Shown here piece after piece: positions 18,890 through 28,345 of a stretch of DNA of 64,000 nucleotides. Source of the DNA: an uncultured Clostridia bacterium (lineage in GTDB: Bacteria > Bacillota > Clostridia > TANB77 > CAG-508). The stretch lies in the NCBI GenBank assembly GCA_944390285.1, contig CALXPN010000001.1:133165-197164 (forward strand). The letters run 5' to 3'. Under the pieces are notes generated by a model. That model had not been told where the DNA came from, made no database searches, and saw only the letters and a program-made list of their open reading frames with translations. Made by a program: the position numbers and the translations under genes. Each line of letters opens with the position of its first letter. Position 1 is the first letter of the stretch.

Positions 18890-20161
18890 TTATTTCTTTC
18901 TATCTTTATTTATTTGCCTTTGTCTTGCTATCCCCATTTTCCCTGATGGTACATCATCTGTGATTGTTGAACCTGCAGCAATTAAGGTATCATCACCTAT
19001 TGTTACTGGTGCTACTAAATTAACATTTGAACCAATAAATGCCCTATTACCTATTATTGTTTTATTTTTATTTTTACCATCATAGTTACAAGTTATTGTT
19101 CCACAACCTATATTACAATCTTCACCAACTTGAGCATCTCCTAAATAAATAAAATGTGGAACCTTAGTTCTATTTCCAATTATAGTTTTTTTAATTTCAA
19201 CACAATTACCTATTTTTACATCATTTCCTATAATACATCCTTCACGTATATAAGCATTTGGACCTATTTCACAATCAGAACCTATTATTACTCCTTCTTT
19301 TATTGTAGTATTTGGATGTATAACAGTATCTACTCCAATCTTTACATTATCATGTATATATGTTGAATTTGCATCTTCAATTGTTACACCTTTTTTCATG
19401 TGTTCTGCATTTATTCTCATTCTTAAAACTCTTGTTAGTAGTTCTAGTTGTGCTCTATCATTAACTCCAAGAATTTCTGTATTATCTTCTACTATAACTG
19501 CACCTGTTTTTAGTCCTTTGTCATTCATTATCTTAATTACATCTGTTAAATAATATTCTCCTTGAACATTATTAGGTTTCAATTCCTCTAAAGCAGATAA
19601 TAATTCTTCTATATCAAAACAATATATTCCTGAATTTATTTCTTTTATTTCTTTTTCAAACATATTAGCATCTTTTTCTTCGACAATAGCTTTTATGTTT
19701 CCACCTTCATCTCGAATTATCCTTCCATATCCTGTAGGGTTTTCATATATCGCTGTTAAAAGTGTTGCATATTCTTTATTTTTAAAACTTTTGATTATTA
19801 AATTCTCCAAAGTTTCTTTTCTTATTATAGGAACATCCCCATATAAAATAATAACTTTTCCTTTTTTTCCTTCTAAGTATTTTTTTGCTTGCATAACTGC
19901 ATGACCTGTTCCTAATAATTCTTCTTGATATACATATTTTACATCATTTCCTAAAACTTCTTTAACTTGTTCTCTTAAATGTCCAACTACTGTAACAATA
20001 TCATCTGTTCCAACTTCTTTTGCAAGTTCTACCACCCTTTTTACTAATTCCTTATCATAAATTTTATGAACAAGTTTTGATTTATTAGATTTCATCCTAG
20101 TACCTTTTCCTGCTGCCATTATAACACTCATTACATATTTTTCCTCACCATCAATAATCAT
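18890..20161 (-). CDS. glmU: bifunctional UDP-N-acetylglucosamine diphosphorylase / glucosamine-1-phosphate N-acetyltransferase
   Basis: N-terminal MAAGKGTRMKS. C-terminal left-handed beta-helix hexapeptide repeats (IGNRTKV..YLGDAQVGEDCNIGCGTITCNYDG..). Start placed at the ATG at 20159-61 (MIIDGEEKYV), GAAAGGTG 8 nt upstream. Confidence 0.85.
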   Translation of the reverse strand: MIIDGEEKYVMSVIMAAGKGTRMKSNKSKLVHKIYDKELVKRVVELAKEVGTDDIVTVVGHLREQVKEVLGNDVKYVYQEELLGTGHAVMQAKKYLEGKKGKVIILYGDVPIIRKETLENLIIKSFKNKEYATLLTAIYENPTGYGRIIRDEGGNIKAIVEEKDANMFEKEIKEINSGIYCFDIEELLSALEELKPNNVQGEYYLTDVIKIMNDKGLKTGAVIVEDNTEILGVNDRAQLELLTRVLRMRINAEHMKKGVTIEDANSTYIHDNVKIGVDTVIHPNTTIKEGVIIGSDCEIGPNAYIREGCIIGNDVKIGNCVEIKKTIIGNRTKVPHFIYLGDAQVGEDCNIGCGTITCNYDGKNKNKTIIGNRAFIGSNVNLVAPVTIGDDTLIAAGSTITDDVPSGKMGIARQRQINKDRKK

Positions 20162-20356
20162 ATCAAAACACCTTTCTAAAAAAACTTTATTTATTTTATT
20201 CAATTATCTACTAAATGTTTAAAACATTTTATTACAATATATAAAATTAGTCAATAATTCCATTTCATACATTATATATTAAATTTTTATATAAATATTA
20301 TATTACTAATATATCAATCTTCATAACTAAAAATCAGAAATACTACATAGAGTAAT

Positions 20357-20385
20357 TTGACTTTATGTTAATCTTGGTATATAAT
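20357..20385 (+). promoter_or_regulatory. consensus sigma-A promoter TTGACT-17-TATAAT
   Basis: TTGACT 20357-62, 17-nt spacer, TATAAT 20380-85. Followed by GGAGG (20404-08) and the ATG at 20416. Confidence 0.6.
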
Positions 20386-20415
20386 ATTTAAGAATAAAAG
20401 ATTGGAGGTATGATT

Positions 20416-20676
20416 ATGACAAGACCAGAAAAATATCGGACTAATTTGAGAGGAAACCTTGCTATGTTTGAAAGCATAGATGGAACTTGTCTAACACCTA
20501 AAGAAATCAGCTACTTAATCAGAGTTGCTGAATTAAATTCTATTTTGGAAATTCCTCCCAAAAAAGCATCCGATTTTTCAAAACCAAAGCATTTCTTTTT
20601 ACAACATACCATGAAAAACTCATTGGTATTTGTAAAAAATGGTAATTGGATTTCTGCTGCTGATATAGAAAATTAA
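20416..20676 (+). CDS. small hypothetical protein (86 aa)
   Basis: Strong promoter and RBS. GC visibly higher than neighbours. MTRPEKYRTNLRGNLAMFESIDG..., no recognised family. Confidence 0.4.
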   Translation: MTRPEKYRTNLRGNLAMFESIDGTCLTPKEISYLIRVAELNSILEIPPKKASDFSKPKHFFLQHTMKNSLVFVKNGNWISAADIEN

Positions 20677-20795
20677 AAGGAACATTTTCTTGCCTATTCT
20701 CTGAATAAAGCAAATCACAGCATGTCACTTTTCGGATATTATCCTGAAGAATGTGACAACATCTAATTGCCTAATTGTTCATAATCAAGAACGCC

Positions 20796-20860
20796 AAAAC
20801 AGCCATAAACCTTATATCTCTCATTGATTTTAGGTTTATGGCTGTTTTACTTTATTTTGA
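20796..20860. terminator. 16-bp perfect inverted repeat (AAAACAGCCATAAACC / GGTTTATGGCTGTTTT, 21-nt loop) with T-rich 3' flank; bidirectional terminator-like
   Basis: Arms at 20796-20811 and 20833-20848. Followed on the + strand by ACTTTATTTTG. Ends 4 nt from the stop of the minus-strand O-methyltransferase gene. Confidence 0.5.
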
Positions 20861-21472
20861 AATTACTCTTGTAACTGAAAGTCCATCTCCTACTTCTAAA
20901 ATTTCAGTTTCGAAATTTGGATTTTCTGTAATTTCTTTTATATATTCTCTTAAATGTCTTACTGCTGTTCTTTGTTTATGTTTATTATAATCACTCATAA
21001 CATATCCTTTATATAAAACATTATCTGCTAAAATTATTCCTTTGCCTTTAATAAGTCTAATACCTTCTTTTAAAAATATAGAATACTTACTTTTAGCAGC
21101 ATCTATAAAAATAATATCATACTCACTTTTTAAATTAGGTAAAATTTCAACTGCATCTCCTATCATAATATTTATTCTATCTGAAAATCCAATCTTTTTT
21201 ACATTATTTATTGCTTCTTTTGCTCTTTCTTCATCTAATTCTATCGTATCTATAATAGAATTAGATGAATATCTTGCAAAACAAATTGCTGAATATCCAA
21301 CAGCAGTTCCTATTTCTAATATTCTCTTAGGATTTTCTTTTTTTAAAATTTCTTTTATTACATCTAAAGTATCGTCCATTATTATTGGAATATGATTTTT
21401 TAAAGCTTCTTCTTTTATCTTTTTAAATTCTTCAATATTAAACATTTTATTACCTCTTTCATTTAACCTCAA
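20852..21472 (-). CDS. class I SAM-dependent O-methyltransferase (caffeoyl-CoA OMT / YrrM-like)
   Basis: ILEIGTAVGYSAICFA motif I, 206 aa. Confidence 0.85.
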   Translation of the reverse strand: MRLNERGNKMFNIEEFKKIKEEALKNHIPIIMDDTLDVIKEILKKENPKRILEIGTAVGYSAICFARYSSNSIIDTIELDEERAKEAINNVKKIGFSDRINIMIGDAVEILPNLKSEYDIIFIDAAKSKYSIFLKEGIRLIKGKGIILADNVLYKGYVMSDYNKHKQRTAVRHLREYIKEITENPNFETEILEVGDGLSVTRVISK

Positions 21473-21481
21473 TTTTTACAA

Positions 21482-21510
21482 TTGAATATTATGTAAATTT
21501 ATGATATAAT
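21482..21510 (+). promoter_or_regulatory. sigma-A promoter TTGAAT-17-TATAAT
   Basis: TTGAAT 21482-87, TATAAT 21505-10. RBS AGGAGAG, ATG at 21548. Confidence 0.55.
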
Positions 21511-21547
21511 TATTTTAGTCTAATTTTAAGAAAGGAGAGTGAAAGAA

Positions 21548-21841
21548 ATGGGAGATAATGAAAAGACATTTGATATTCTCGAAAGTCTCCACATTTCTCT
21601 TGCAGACCGGATGCAACTAATGGTTCTTTCAGATGAATATGGATTATCTTTTAATCCTGATACACTGAAAAATCCTGTTCGTAATCTAGATGTTTTCAAA
21701 AAGGAAAAAAATTCTTACTATTTTATTCAAAATGGTGAATTACTTATTTTTGAACATTTAGATTGTAAAACTAGCTTCCTAATTTGCAAGAAAAATCCTA
21801 ATATGGTTGGGGAAAGTGAAATATATTACTTCATTCCCTAA
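21548..21841 (+). CDS. small hypothetical protein (97 aa)
   Basis: ATG at 21548 preceded by AAAGGAGAG (the listed GTG at 21539 lies inside the RBS). Two hairpins follow at 21845-21900 (AAAGCC..GGCTTTTT, and ATCCCGC..GCGGGAT serving bipA on the minus strand). Confidence 0.4.
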   Translation: MGDNEKTFDILESLHISLADRMQLMVLSDEYGLSFNPDTLKNPVRNLDVFKKEKNSYYFIQNGELLIFEHLDCKTSFLICKKNPNMVGESEIYYFIP

Positions 21842-21903
21842 ACCAAAGCCATATGGGCTTTTTAAAATCCCGCTTTTCCTATCAGGATTTGCGGGATCTT
21901 CTA

Positions 21904-23724
21904 TTATTTATTCATATTTGCTCTTTGAGCTCTTTCTCTATCTTTATTATTTAAAATTTTCTTTCTTAGTCTTATACTCTTTGGTGTTACTTCAACAAGC
22001 TCATCATCTTGTATAAATTCTATAGCCTTTTCAAGTGACATTTGAATTGGTGGTACCAAACGTAATGCCTCATCAGAACCTGAAGCTCTAGTATTTGTTA
22101 AATGTTTTTCTTTACAAACATTTATTGCTAAATCTTCTCCTCTAGAATTTAATCCAACAATCATTCCCTCATATACTTCTACTCCAGGTCCTATAAATAA
22201 ATCACCTTTGTCTTGAGCATTATATAAACCATAAGTAATAGACTTACCATTTTCAAAAGCAACTATAGTTCCTCTTGTTCTTGCTTGAATATCTCCTTTA
22301 TATTCTTCATAACATTCAAAAGTATGATTCATTGTACCTTCACCTTTAGTATCTGTCAAAAATTCAGTTCTATAACCTATGATTCCTCTTGCTGGTATTT
22401 TAAATTCTATTTTTGTATGTCCATCTTCTGCTGGTTCCATATTAAGCATTTCTGCTTTTCTTCTTCCTAACTTTTCAATAACATTTCCTACACAGTCATC
22501 TGGGACATTTACAACTAGTCTTTCTATAGGTTCACATTTTACTCCATTGATTTCTTTAAAAATAACTTTAGGTCTTGAAACTAAAAGCTCAAATCCTTCT
22601 CTTCTCATTGTTTCAATAAGAACAGATAAATGTAATTCTCCTCTTCCTGAAACCTCGAAAGAATCTGGTGAATCTGTTTCTTTTACTCTTAAACTTACAT
22701 TTCTATCTAGTTCTTTAAAAAGTCTATCTCTGATATGTCTTGAAGTAATGAATTTTCCTTCTCTTCCTGCAAAAGGTCCATTATTAACACTAAAAGTCAT
22801 TGAAACAGTTGGTTCATCTATATCTACAAAAGGAATTTTTTCAGGGTTATTGTAATCACATATTGTATCTCCAATATTTATATCTGAAACACCTGATAAT
22901 GCTACTATATCTCCTGCATCTGCATGTTCTACTTCAATTCTTTTTAAACCATCATATAAATATAACTTTGTTACTCTTGCATTCAATGTTTTATCAGTTT
23001 TGCAGATTGCAACAGGCATATTTAAATCAATAGCTCCTCTTTCAACTCTACCTATAGCAATTCTTCCTATATAATCATCATAATCTATATTAGAAACTAA
23101 CATCTGCATTGTTCCATCCATATCACATGCGGGTGGATCTATATGGTTTATTATTGTTTCAAACAAACATTTTAAATCTGTTCCTGGTTTATCTAAATCA
23201 AGAGTTGCTGTTCCTTGTTTTGCTGATGCATATACTACTGGAAATTCTAATTGTTCATCATTTGCACCAAGTTCAATAAATAATTCTAATACATCATCAA
23301 CAACTTTTAGTGGTTGCGCACCTGGTCTATCTATTTTATTTATAACAACTATTGGTTTTAAATTTAATGCTAAAGATTTTTTCAAAACTTCTCTTGTTTG
23401 AGGCATTGCCCCTTCAAAAGCATCTACTAAAAGAACAACTCCATCTACCATTTTTAAAACACGCTCAACTTCTCCTCCAAAATCAGCATGTCCTGGTGTA
23501 TCTACTATATTTATTTTTATATCTCCATAATGAACCGCTGTATTTTTAGAAAGTATGGTAATTCCTCTTTCTTTTTCTAATGCATTCGAATCCATAACTC
23601 TATCTTCTACTTGTTCATTACTTCTAAAAATTCCACTCTGTCTAAGCATTGCATCTACTAATGTTGTTTTTCCATGATCAACATGTGCTATTATTGCTAC
23701 ATTTCTAATTTTTTGGTTGTTCAT
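21904..23724 (-). CDS. typA: translational GTPase BipA/TypA
   Basis: [11 protein letters not shown]1, DTPGHADF G3, NKID G4, EF-G-like domain order, 606 aa. Confidence 0.95.
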   Translation of the reverse strand: MNNQKIRNVAIIAHVDHGKTTLVDAMLRQSGIFRSNEQVEDRVMDSNALEKERGITILSKNTAVHYGDIKINIVDTPGHADFGGEVERVLKMVDGVVLLVDAFEGAMPQTREVLKKSLALNLKPIVVINKIDRPGAQPLKVVDDVLELFIELGANDEQLEFPVVYASAKQGTATLDLDKPGTDLKCLFETIINHIDPPACDMDGTMQMLVSNIDYDDYIGRIAIGRVERGAIDLNMPVAICKTDKTLNARVTKLYLYDGLKRIEVEHADAGDIVALSGVSDINIGDTICDYNNPEKIPFVDIDEPTVSMTFSVNNGPFAGREGKFITSRHIRDRLFKELDRNVSLRVKETDSPDSFEVSGRGELHLSVLIETMRREGFELLVSRPKVIFKEINGVKCEPIERLVVNVPDDCVGNVIEKLGRRKAEMLNMEPAEDGHTKIEFKIPARGIIGYRTEFLTDTKGEGTMNHTFECYEEYKGDIQARTRGTIVAFENGKSITYGLYNAQDKGDLFIGPGVEVYEGMIVGLNSRGEDLAINVCKEKHLTNTRASGSDEALRLVPPIQMSLEKAIEFIQDDELVEVTPKSIRLRKKILNNKDRERAQRANMNK

Positions 23725-23865
23725 CTAAAATCCCTCTTTCTTAACTACAAAAAAATATGGTTAAAATTACTAACCGCAATTTTAACCATATAATTATATA
23801 TCAGTGGTTTTATTTTGTCAACTTTTGCTAAGCAACTTTTATGTAAATTATGTATTTATCTTTAT

Positions 23866-24942
23866 CTACACATCTATTTCCATATTTTGTAAAAAATTTG
23901 CAATATTGTTTTCATTTGTAATTGATTTAAATTCATTTTCAGTAAATATATCAAATTTTGTATCTTTATATTTAACATTTATATCTAAAGCTACTGCATA
24001 TGGTATATAACTTTCGTATATTATAATATCTTCAAATGTTTTTTCTTTTAATAAAGTATATTCTTTTATAAAATTTTTGAATTTTATCCATTTTTTTAAT
24101 TCGTTTTTTCCATATGTACTCAAAAATATATTTGTATTTTGTTCATTTTTTATAAAGCTAATAAAATAATAAGCTATCATAGTTCCTATAAAAGCTCCAC
24201 CCAAAATTCCAATAATTAAACTTAATAAAACAATATTATTTTTAATACCATATATATAACCAATAACACTACATAAAATTGTTATACTTAAAACTATTAA
24301 AGCCATAAATCTTCCATTATAGTAATCAAGTTGTTTTGCAAATCCTCTTTTTTTATATTCTTTTAATACTAATTTTTTCCAATTTTTAAAATCAAAATTT
24401 ATATTTATTTTATCATTTATTAATGTATTAATTATATAAATTTGACTTTTAGTTTTAATTTTAGTTTCATAATCTTTATCTATAATATAAAATCTAATTG
24501 TTTTTTTTCCATTTATATTAGTTTTTGATATATCAATTATTTTCTTTGCATATAGTTCCATAATATCTGCAATTAAATCTTTATATCTTAATTTATTATT
24601 AAATAAATATCCTACAATTGATGGTGGATATTCTGCTGAAATATCCCTATTTAAATAATTAATATCAGAATAACTTTCTTTTTTATACTTTAAATTTCTA
24701 TAAAATTTGTATATAAACATTATTATACCAAATAAAACTAATATATAAAAAATTATAAAAAGCGGATTTAGCATAAGGCCTGATCCAAGTTGTATATATC
24801 CAAATATAAAAAGTACAGAAAATTCTAATATTAATCCTACTAGCCTAATATTTTTATTTTGACTATCAAAACATATATATGCTATTATACTTAATATTAT
24901 AATTCCTAGAAATACTAATATATACATATTTTCTCCTAACAA
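23866..24942 (-). CDS. membrane protein, DUF2207-like
   Basis: N-terminal TM helices, central soluble region, C-terminal TM pair with an YESYIPYAVALD motif typical of DUF2207. Confidence 0.5.
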   Translation of the reverse strand: MLGENMYILVFLGIIILSIIAYICFDSQNKNIRLVGLILEFSVLFIFGYIQLGSGLMLNPLFIIFYILVLFGIIMFIYKFYRNLKYKKESYSDINYLNRDISAEYPPSIVGYLFNNKLRYKDLIADIMELYAKKIIDISKTNINGKKTIRFYIIDKDYETKIKTKSQIYIINTLINDKININFDFKNWKKLVLKEYKKRGFAKQLDYYNGRFMALIVLSITILCSVIGYIYGIKNNIVLLSLIIGILGGAFIGTMIAYYFISFIKNEQNTNIFLSTYGKNELKKWIKFKNFIKEYTLLKEKTFEDIIIYESYIPYAVALDINVKYKDTKFDIFTENEFKSITNENNIANFLQNMEIDV

Positions 24943-24965
24943 TATTTTAAATTATCTAATAAATT

Positions 24966-25589
24966 TTATATTTTAGTTTTAGACAATTTTAAAATTTCAT
25001 CTTTTATTATTTCGCTAACCTTATCCTCAGTTTCTTTTTCAACTTTTTTACCTGTTATATATTTAGATAAATCTATTGGTTTTCCATATATAATAGCATT
25101 TCTAGTAAATGGTTTAGATGGTCCAATAATACCTATTGGAATAATCTTAGCGTTTGTTTTTAATGCCATATATGCTGCACCATTTTTTATTTTTCCATCA
25201 TTTTTTTCTAAACCATTTCTTGTTCCTTCTGGAAAAATACCTATGCAACCACCATTTTTCAGTGTTTTCAAAGCTTCTTTTAAAGCTGAAATATCCTTTT
25301 CATCTCTTTTTACATAAATACCTTCAAATAAAACTCCTAAAAATGCAAAAAGAGGATTTTTTCTCAATTCTTCTTTAGCCATAAATCTCATATGTCTCCC
25401 AGCTGTAACAACAATTAATGGAGGATCTAAATATGTTCTATGATTTCCACAAAATACTAATGCTCCTTCTTTAGGAACATTTTCTTTTCCATAAATTTTT
25501 ATTCTATAAACTATTTTACAATAAACAAAAATTACTGTTCTTATAAAAATTCTACCTATTTCAACAAAAAATCTTTTTAGTTTATTCAT
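24966..25589 (-). CDS. plsC: 1-acyl-sn-glycerol-3-phosphate acyltransferase
   Basis: NHRTYLDP (HX4D) and FPEGTR motifs, 207 aa. Confidence 0.9.
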   Translation of the reverse strand: MNKLKRFFVEIGRIFIRTVIFVYCKIVYRIKIYGKENVPKEGALVFCGNHRTYLDPPLIVVTAGRHMRFMAKEELRKNPLFAFLGVLFEGIYVKRDEKDISALKEALKTLKNGGCIGIFPEGTRNGLEKNDGKIKNGAAYMALKTNAKIIPIGIIGPSKPFTRNAIIYGKPIDLSKYITGKKVEKETEDKVSEIIKDEILKLSKTKI

Positions 25590-25610
25590 TTTTTACTCCT
25601 TAATAAAACT

Positions 25611-26270
25611 TTAGTTTTTTTTATCTTTTATAATATTTACAATCTCTTTTACAACATTTTCTATATTCATATTAGTTGTATCTACATATATAGCATCTTC
25701 TGCTCTTTTTAATGGAGCAATTTTTCTTGTAGAATCTCTTTTATCTCTATCCTTTATTCCTGCTAATACTTCATTATAAGAAGAAGCTATTCCATTTTCT
25801 TTATTTTGCAATACTCTTCTTTTAGCTCTTTCTTCTGCTGTTGCATCTAAATAAATTTTTACATCAGCATTTGGAAAGACTACTGTCCCTATATCTCTTC
25901 CCTCCATAATAACATCTTTTCCTTTTGCAATTTTTCTTTGTATTTCAAGCAATCTGTTTCTTACCATTGGAATTACAGATATAGGCGAAACTAAACTATT
26001 AACATCATTTTCTCTAATTCTTTTAGTTACATCTTCACCATTTAAATATATTTTTCCATTAGTTTTTATTTCAATATCTATTTCTTTTAAAAGTTTTTCT
26101 AAATTTTCCTCATCATTCATACTTACATTTTTTTGAATCATATTCAAAGCAACGCATCTAAATGTTGCACCTGTATCTATATTTACTAAATTTAATTTTT
26201 CTCCTACAATTTTTGTAATTGTTCCTTTTCCACTACCTGCTGGCCCATCTATTGCTACAATAAAAGACAT
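25611..26270 (-). CDS. cmk: cytidylate kinase
   Basis: IAIDGPAGSGKGT P-loop. Start placed at the ATG at 26268-70 (MSFIVAIDG), GGAGGA 6 nt upstream. The upstream ATG overlaps that RBS. Confidence 0.9.
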   Translation of the reverse strand: MSFIVAIDGPAGSGKGTITKIVGEKLNLVNIDTGATFRCVALNMIQKNVSMNDEENLEKLLKEIDIEIKTNGKIYLNGEDVTKRIRENDVNSLVSPISVIPMVRNRLLEIQRKIAKGKDVIMEGRDIGTVVFPNADVKIYLDATAEERAKRRVLQNKENGIASSYNEVLAGIKDRDKRDSTRKIAPLKRAEDAIYVDTTNMNIENVVKEIVNIIKDKKN

Positions 26271-26285
26271 ATTATCCTCCATTAA

Positions 26286-27137
26286 TTAATTTTTTTCAAG
26301 ATTTACTCCTTTTACTACAATTTCCATGCTAAGTACATTCATTGAAGTCATTTTATCTATTTCTTTTATAATTTTCTTTTTAAATTCTTGCATTGTTTCA
26401 TTTACATTATATCCATAATTAATAATTACTTCTATATATATATATATACCATCATTTGACTCTTCATGTTTTTTTATGATAGCTCTATGAATTTTATGTA
26501 CACTTTCTGTTTTTAATGCCACATAATCAATTATTTGTTTAAATACAGAATCAGAAATCTCAAATTTTCCCATATAACTAAAAGTTGGTCTTATAATTGA
26601 TTTTTCTGACACATATGGCATTTTTCCTTTTCCTTTGGATTTAAAAATTTGAAGTGGATCTAAAAGATATCCTGAAAAATCCTTTTTTAATTCAAAAGTA
26701 GGAACTGGAATAACATGTTTTCCTTGATGCACTCTAATGTCTCTTGCCATTGCCATTTCCTCTTCTGTTGCAACATCATTTATATATATTGTTTCTGAGA
26801 TTGGTTCAAACCCAAGATTTTCTGCTATTTTAGATACCATTGCATCTGATGTTCCTAGTATTAAAATACTATCTGGTTTTCTTTTTTTTATGACTTCTTG
26901 TATTTCTTTTTTTCTTTCTTCATTTTGAAAAAGTGCATTTCTTACAGTTTCTATTTTAGTCGGAGCTTTTTTAGCTGAAATTCCAGCTAAAACCTCATTT
27001 CCAGATATTAATAAGCCATCATCTATAATATAATTTATTCCTTTCTCATTTGCTACCATTTGTGCCCTATAACTCTTGCCTGTACCTGAAGGGCCTACAA
27101 AAGCATATGTCTTCATTTTATGATGTGAAAATAACAT
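26286..27137 (-). CDS. P-loop NTPase domain fused to C-terminal Asp23/Gls24-like domain
   Basis: Walker A FVGPSGTGKS near the N-terminus. C-terminal 60 aa (GIYIYIEVIINYGYNVNETMQEFKKKIIKEIDKMTSMNVLSMEIVVKGV) matches the Asp23 family C-terminal pattern. AGGAGA RBS 6 nt before the ATG. Confidence 0.5.
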   Translation of the reverse strand: MLFSHHKMKTYAFVGPSGTGKSYRAQMVANEKGINYIIDDGLLISGNEVLAGISAKKAPTKIETVRNALFQNEERKKEIQEVIKKRKPDSILILGTSDAMVSKIAENLGFEPISETIYINDVATEEEMAMARDIRVHQGKHVIPVPTFELKKDFSGYLLDPLQIFKSKGKGKMPYVSEKSIIRPTFSYMGKFEISDSVFKQIIDYVALKTESVHKIHRAIIKKHEESNDGIYIYIEVIINYGYNVNETMQEFKKKIIKEIDKMTSMNVLSMEIVVKGVNLEKN

Positions 27138-27205
27138 TATTATCTCCTTGCTTAGTAATTTGTTTTTTATTATATCACTATTAAAGTTTTTTCACAAGTT
27201 TATTT

Positions 27206-27484
27206 TTATCTAATTATTTGTACTACAGAAGGAAGTTTTTTATTTGTTTTTACACTATTGTCTCTATTTTCTTGAGTATTATCATTTAGTATCTCAGGTG
27301 TATTTACAATTTCTTTTTTTTCTTCTTCAATTTCCATAGGTAAAAAAGTTATATTATATGCAGAAAACTTATATGTAAAACAATATTTTGCATATAAGTT
27401 TATACAAAGCATAAATATTAAGATAAGAAAAATTATACTAATTCTCAAAATCTTCTCCAAATATATTCTCCTTTCCATCCACAA
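27206..27484 (-). CDS. small single-TM membrane protein (92 aa)
   Basis: N-terminal TM (ISIIFLILIFMLCINLY). Overlaps the upstream ORF by 47 nt in another frame. Confidence 0.4.
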   Translation of the reverse strand: MWMERRIYLEKILRISIIFLILIFMLCINLYAKYCFTYKFSAYNITFLPMEIEEEKKEIVNTPEILNDNTQENRDNSVKTNKKLPSVVQIIR

Positions 27485-27695
27485 TAATCTTTACACAAAA
27501 GTCCATCATACCAATCTCACTTATAATGTTTATTTTTTTATTTTCTTTTAAAGTATTTTTCATATAATAAAATTCATTCCCAGCTTTAAAAATAATTATA
27601 AGAAGTATAATTATAAATAAACTAATTACTACATATTGTACTATTAAAATTTTCTTTCTTTTTTCTATATATTGTAATTTATTTAAAAATTTCAT
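27438..27695 (-). CDS. small single-TM membrane protein (85 aa)
   Basis: K-rich N-terminus followed by a TM (IVQYVVISLFIIILLIIIF). Confidence 0.4.
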   Translation of the reverse strand: MKFLNKLQYIEKRKKILIVQYVVISLFIIILLIIIFKAGNEFYYMKNTLKENKKINIISEIGMMDFCVKIIVDGKENIFGEDFEN

Positions 27696-27701
27696 TTTAC
27701 T

Positions 27702-28187
27702 TTACTCCATTTTAGCTTCTAAACTTATTTTTACATCTATTTTTGTATTTAAACTTTTATCTAATTTTAAATTTTCTGTTTTTATAATCATTTTGTATTT
27801 ATTTTCGGTTTTTATATTTTTAGGTAAATTTATAGGTTCACTTTCATTATCGCCATTTAGTAATTCTTTTTCAGTTTCACAATCATATAACTTGATTTCA
27901 ATAGGTATATCATTATTAGTATTTAGTATTTCTATTTTATATATAAGTCCTATTTCTGATATTTTTGAATCATTATAATTCTTTATTTTAAAATAAAATT
28001 CGTCTATTATATTGTTTTGCATATTTACTTTTTTTAAAATTGTTTCATCTTTTTCAATTTCAATAACTGGATTTGCTATTTCAAAACTTAATTTTATATT
28101 TGATATTGTTTTATAATATTTTGCAAAATTTTTTAATGGTATTATTAATATTAAAATTATCATAATAATTACTATTTTTCTTTTCAT
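27702..28187 (-). CDS. small secreted/membrane-anchored protein (161 aa)
   Basis: N-terminal signal/anchor (KIVIIMIILILIIPL) and a beta-rich polar body. Confidence 0.5.
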   Translation of the reverse strand: MKRKIVIIMIILILIIPLKNFAKYYKTISNIKLSFEIANPVIEIEKDETILKKVNMQNNIIDEFYFKIKNYNDSKISEIGLIYKIEILNTNNDIPIEIKLYDCETEKELLNGDNESEPINLPKNIKTENKYKMIIKTENLKLDKSLNTKIDVKISLEAKME

Positions 28188-28345
28188 TTTATATCTTTCT
28201 TTTTATCAAAATATTCTCATTTTTATATAATAGAAATTTAGGTGACATATTCTTCTATGCCACCTAATTTTTAATATATAAAGTTTTTAAGATTTAATTA
28301 TGGATTTTATTTTGATAAAAAGGTAATTAATTTTAAATTATTGGT

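Noticed and set aside
2264-19904. Many 60-160-aa plus-strand ORFs (e.g. 2264-2509, 2762-3028, 4349-4696, 5173-5358, 5961-6293, 8537-8969, 12810-13238, 13542-13853, 14047-14253, 14883-15176, 15355-15543, 15742-15966, 17274-17606, 17671-17922, 18259-18489, 18876-19085, 19154-19366, 19695-19904)
   Set aside because: All lie antisense to well-supported minus-strand genes, have I/L/F/S/K-rich low-complexity translations expected from AT-rich antisense sequence, and lack RBSs.
20540-20728. 62-aa minus-strand ORF inside the small-gene cassette
   Set aside because: Antisense to the promoter-driven plus-strand ORF/3'UTR; no RBS.
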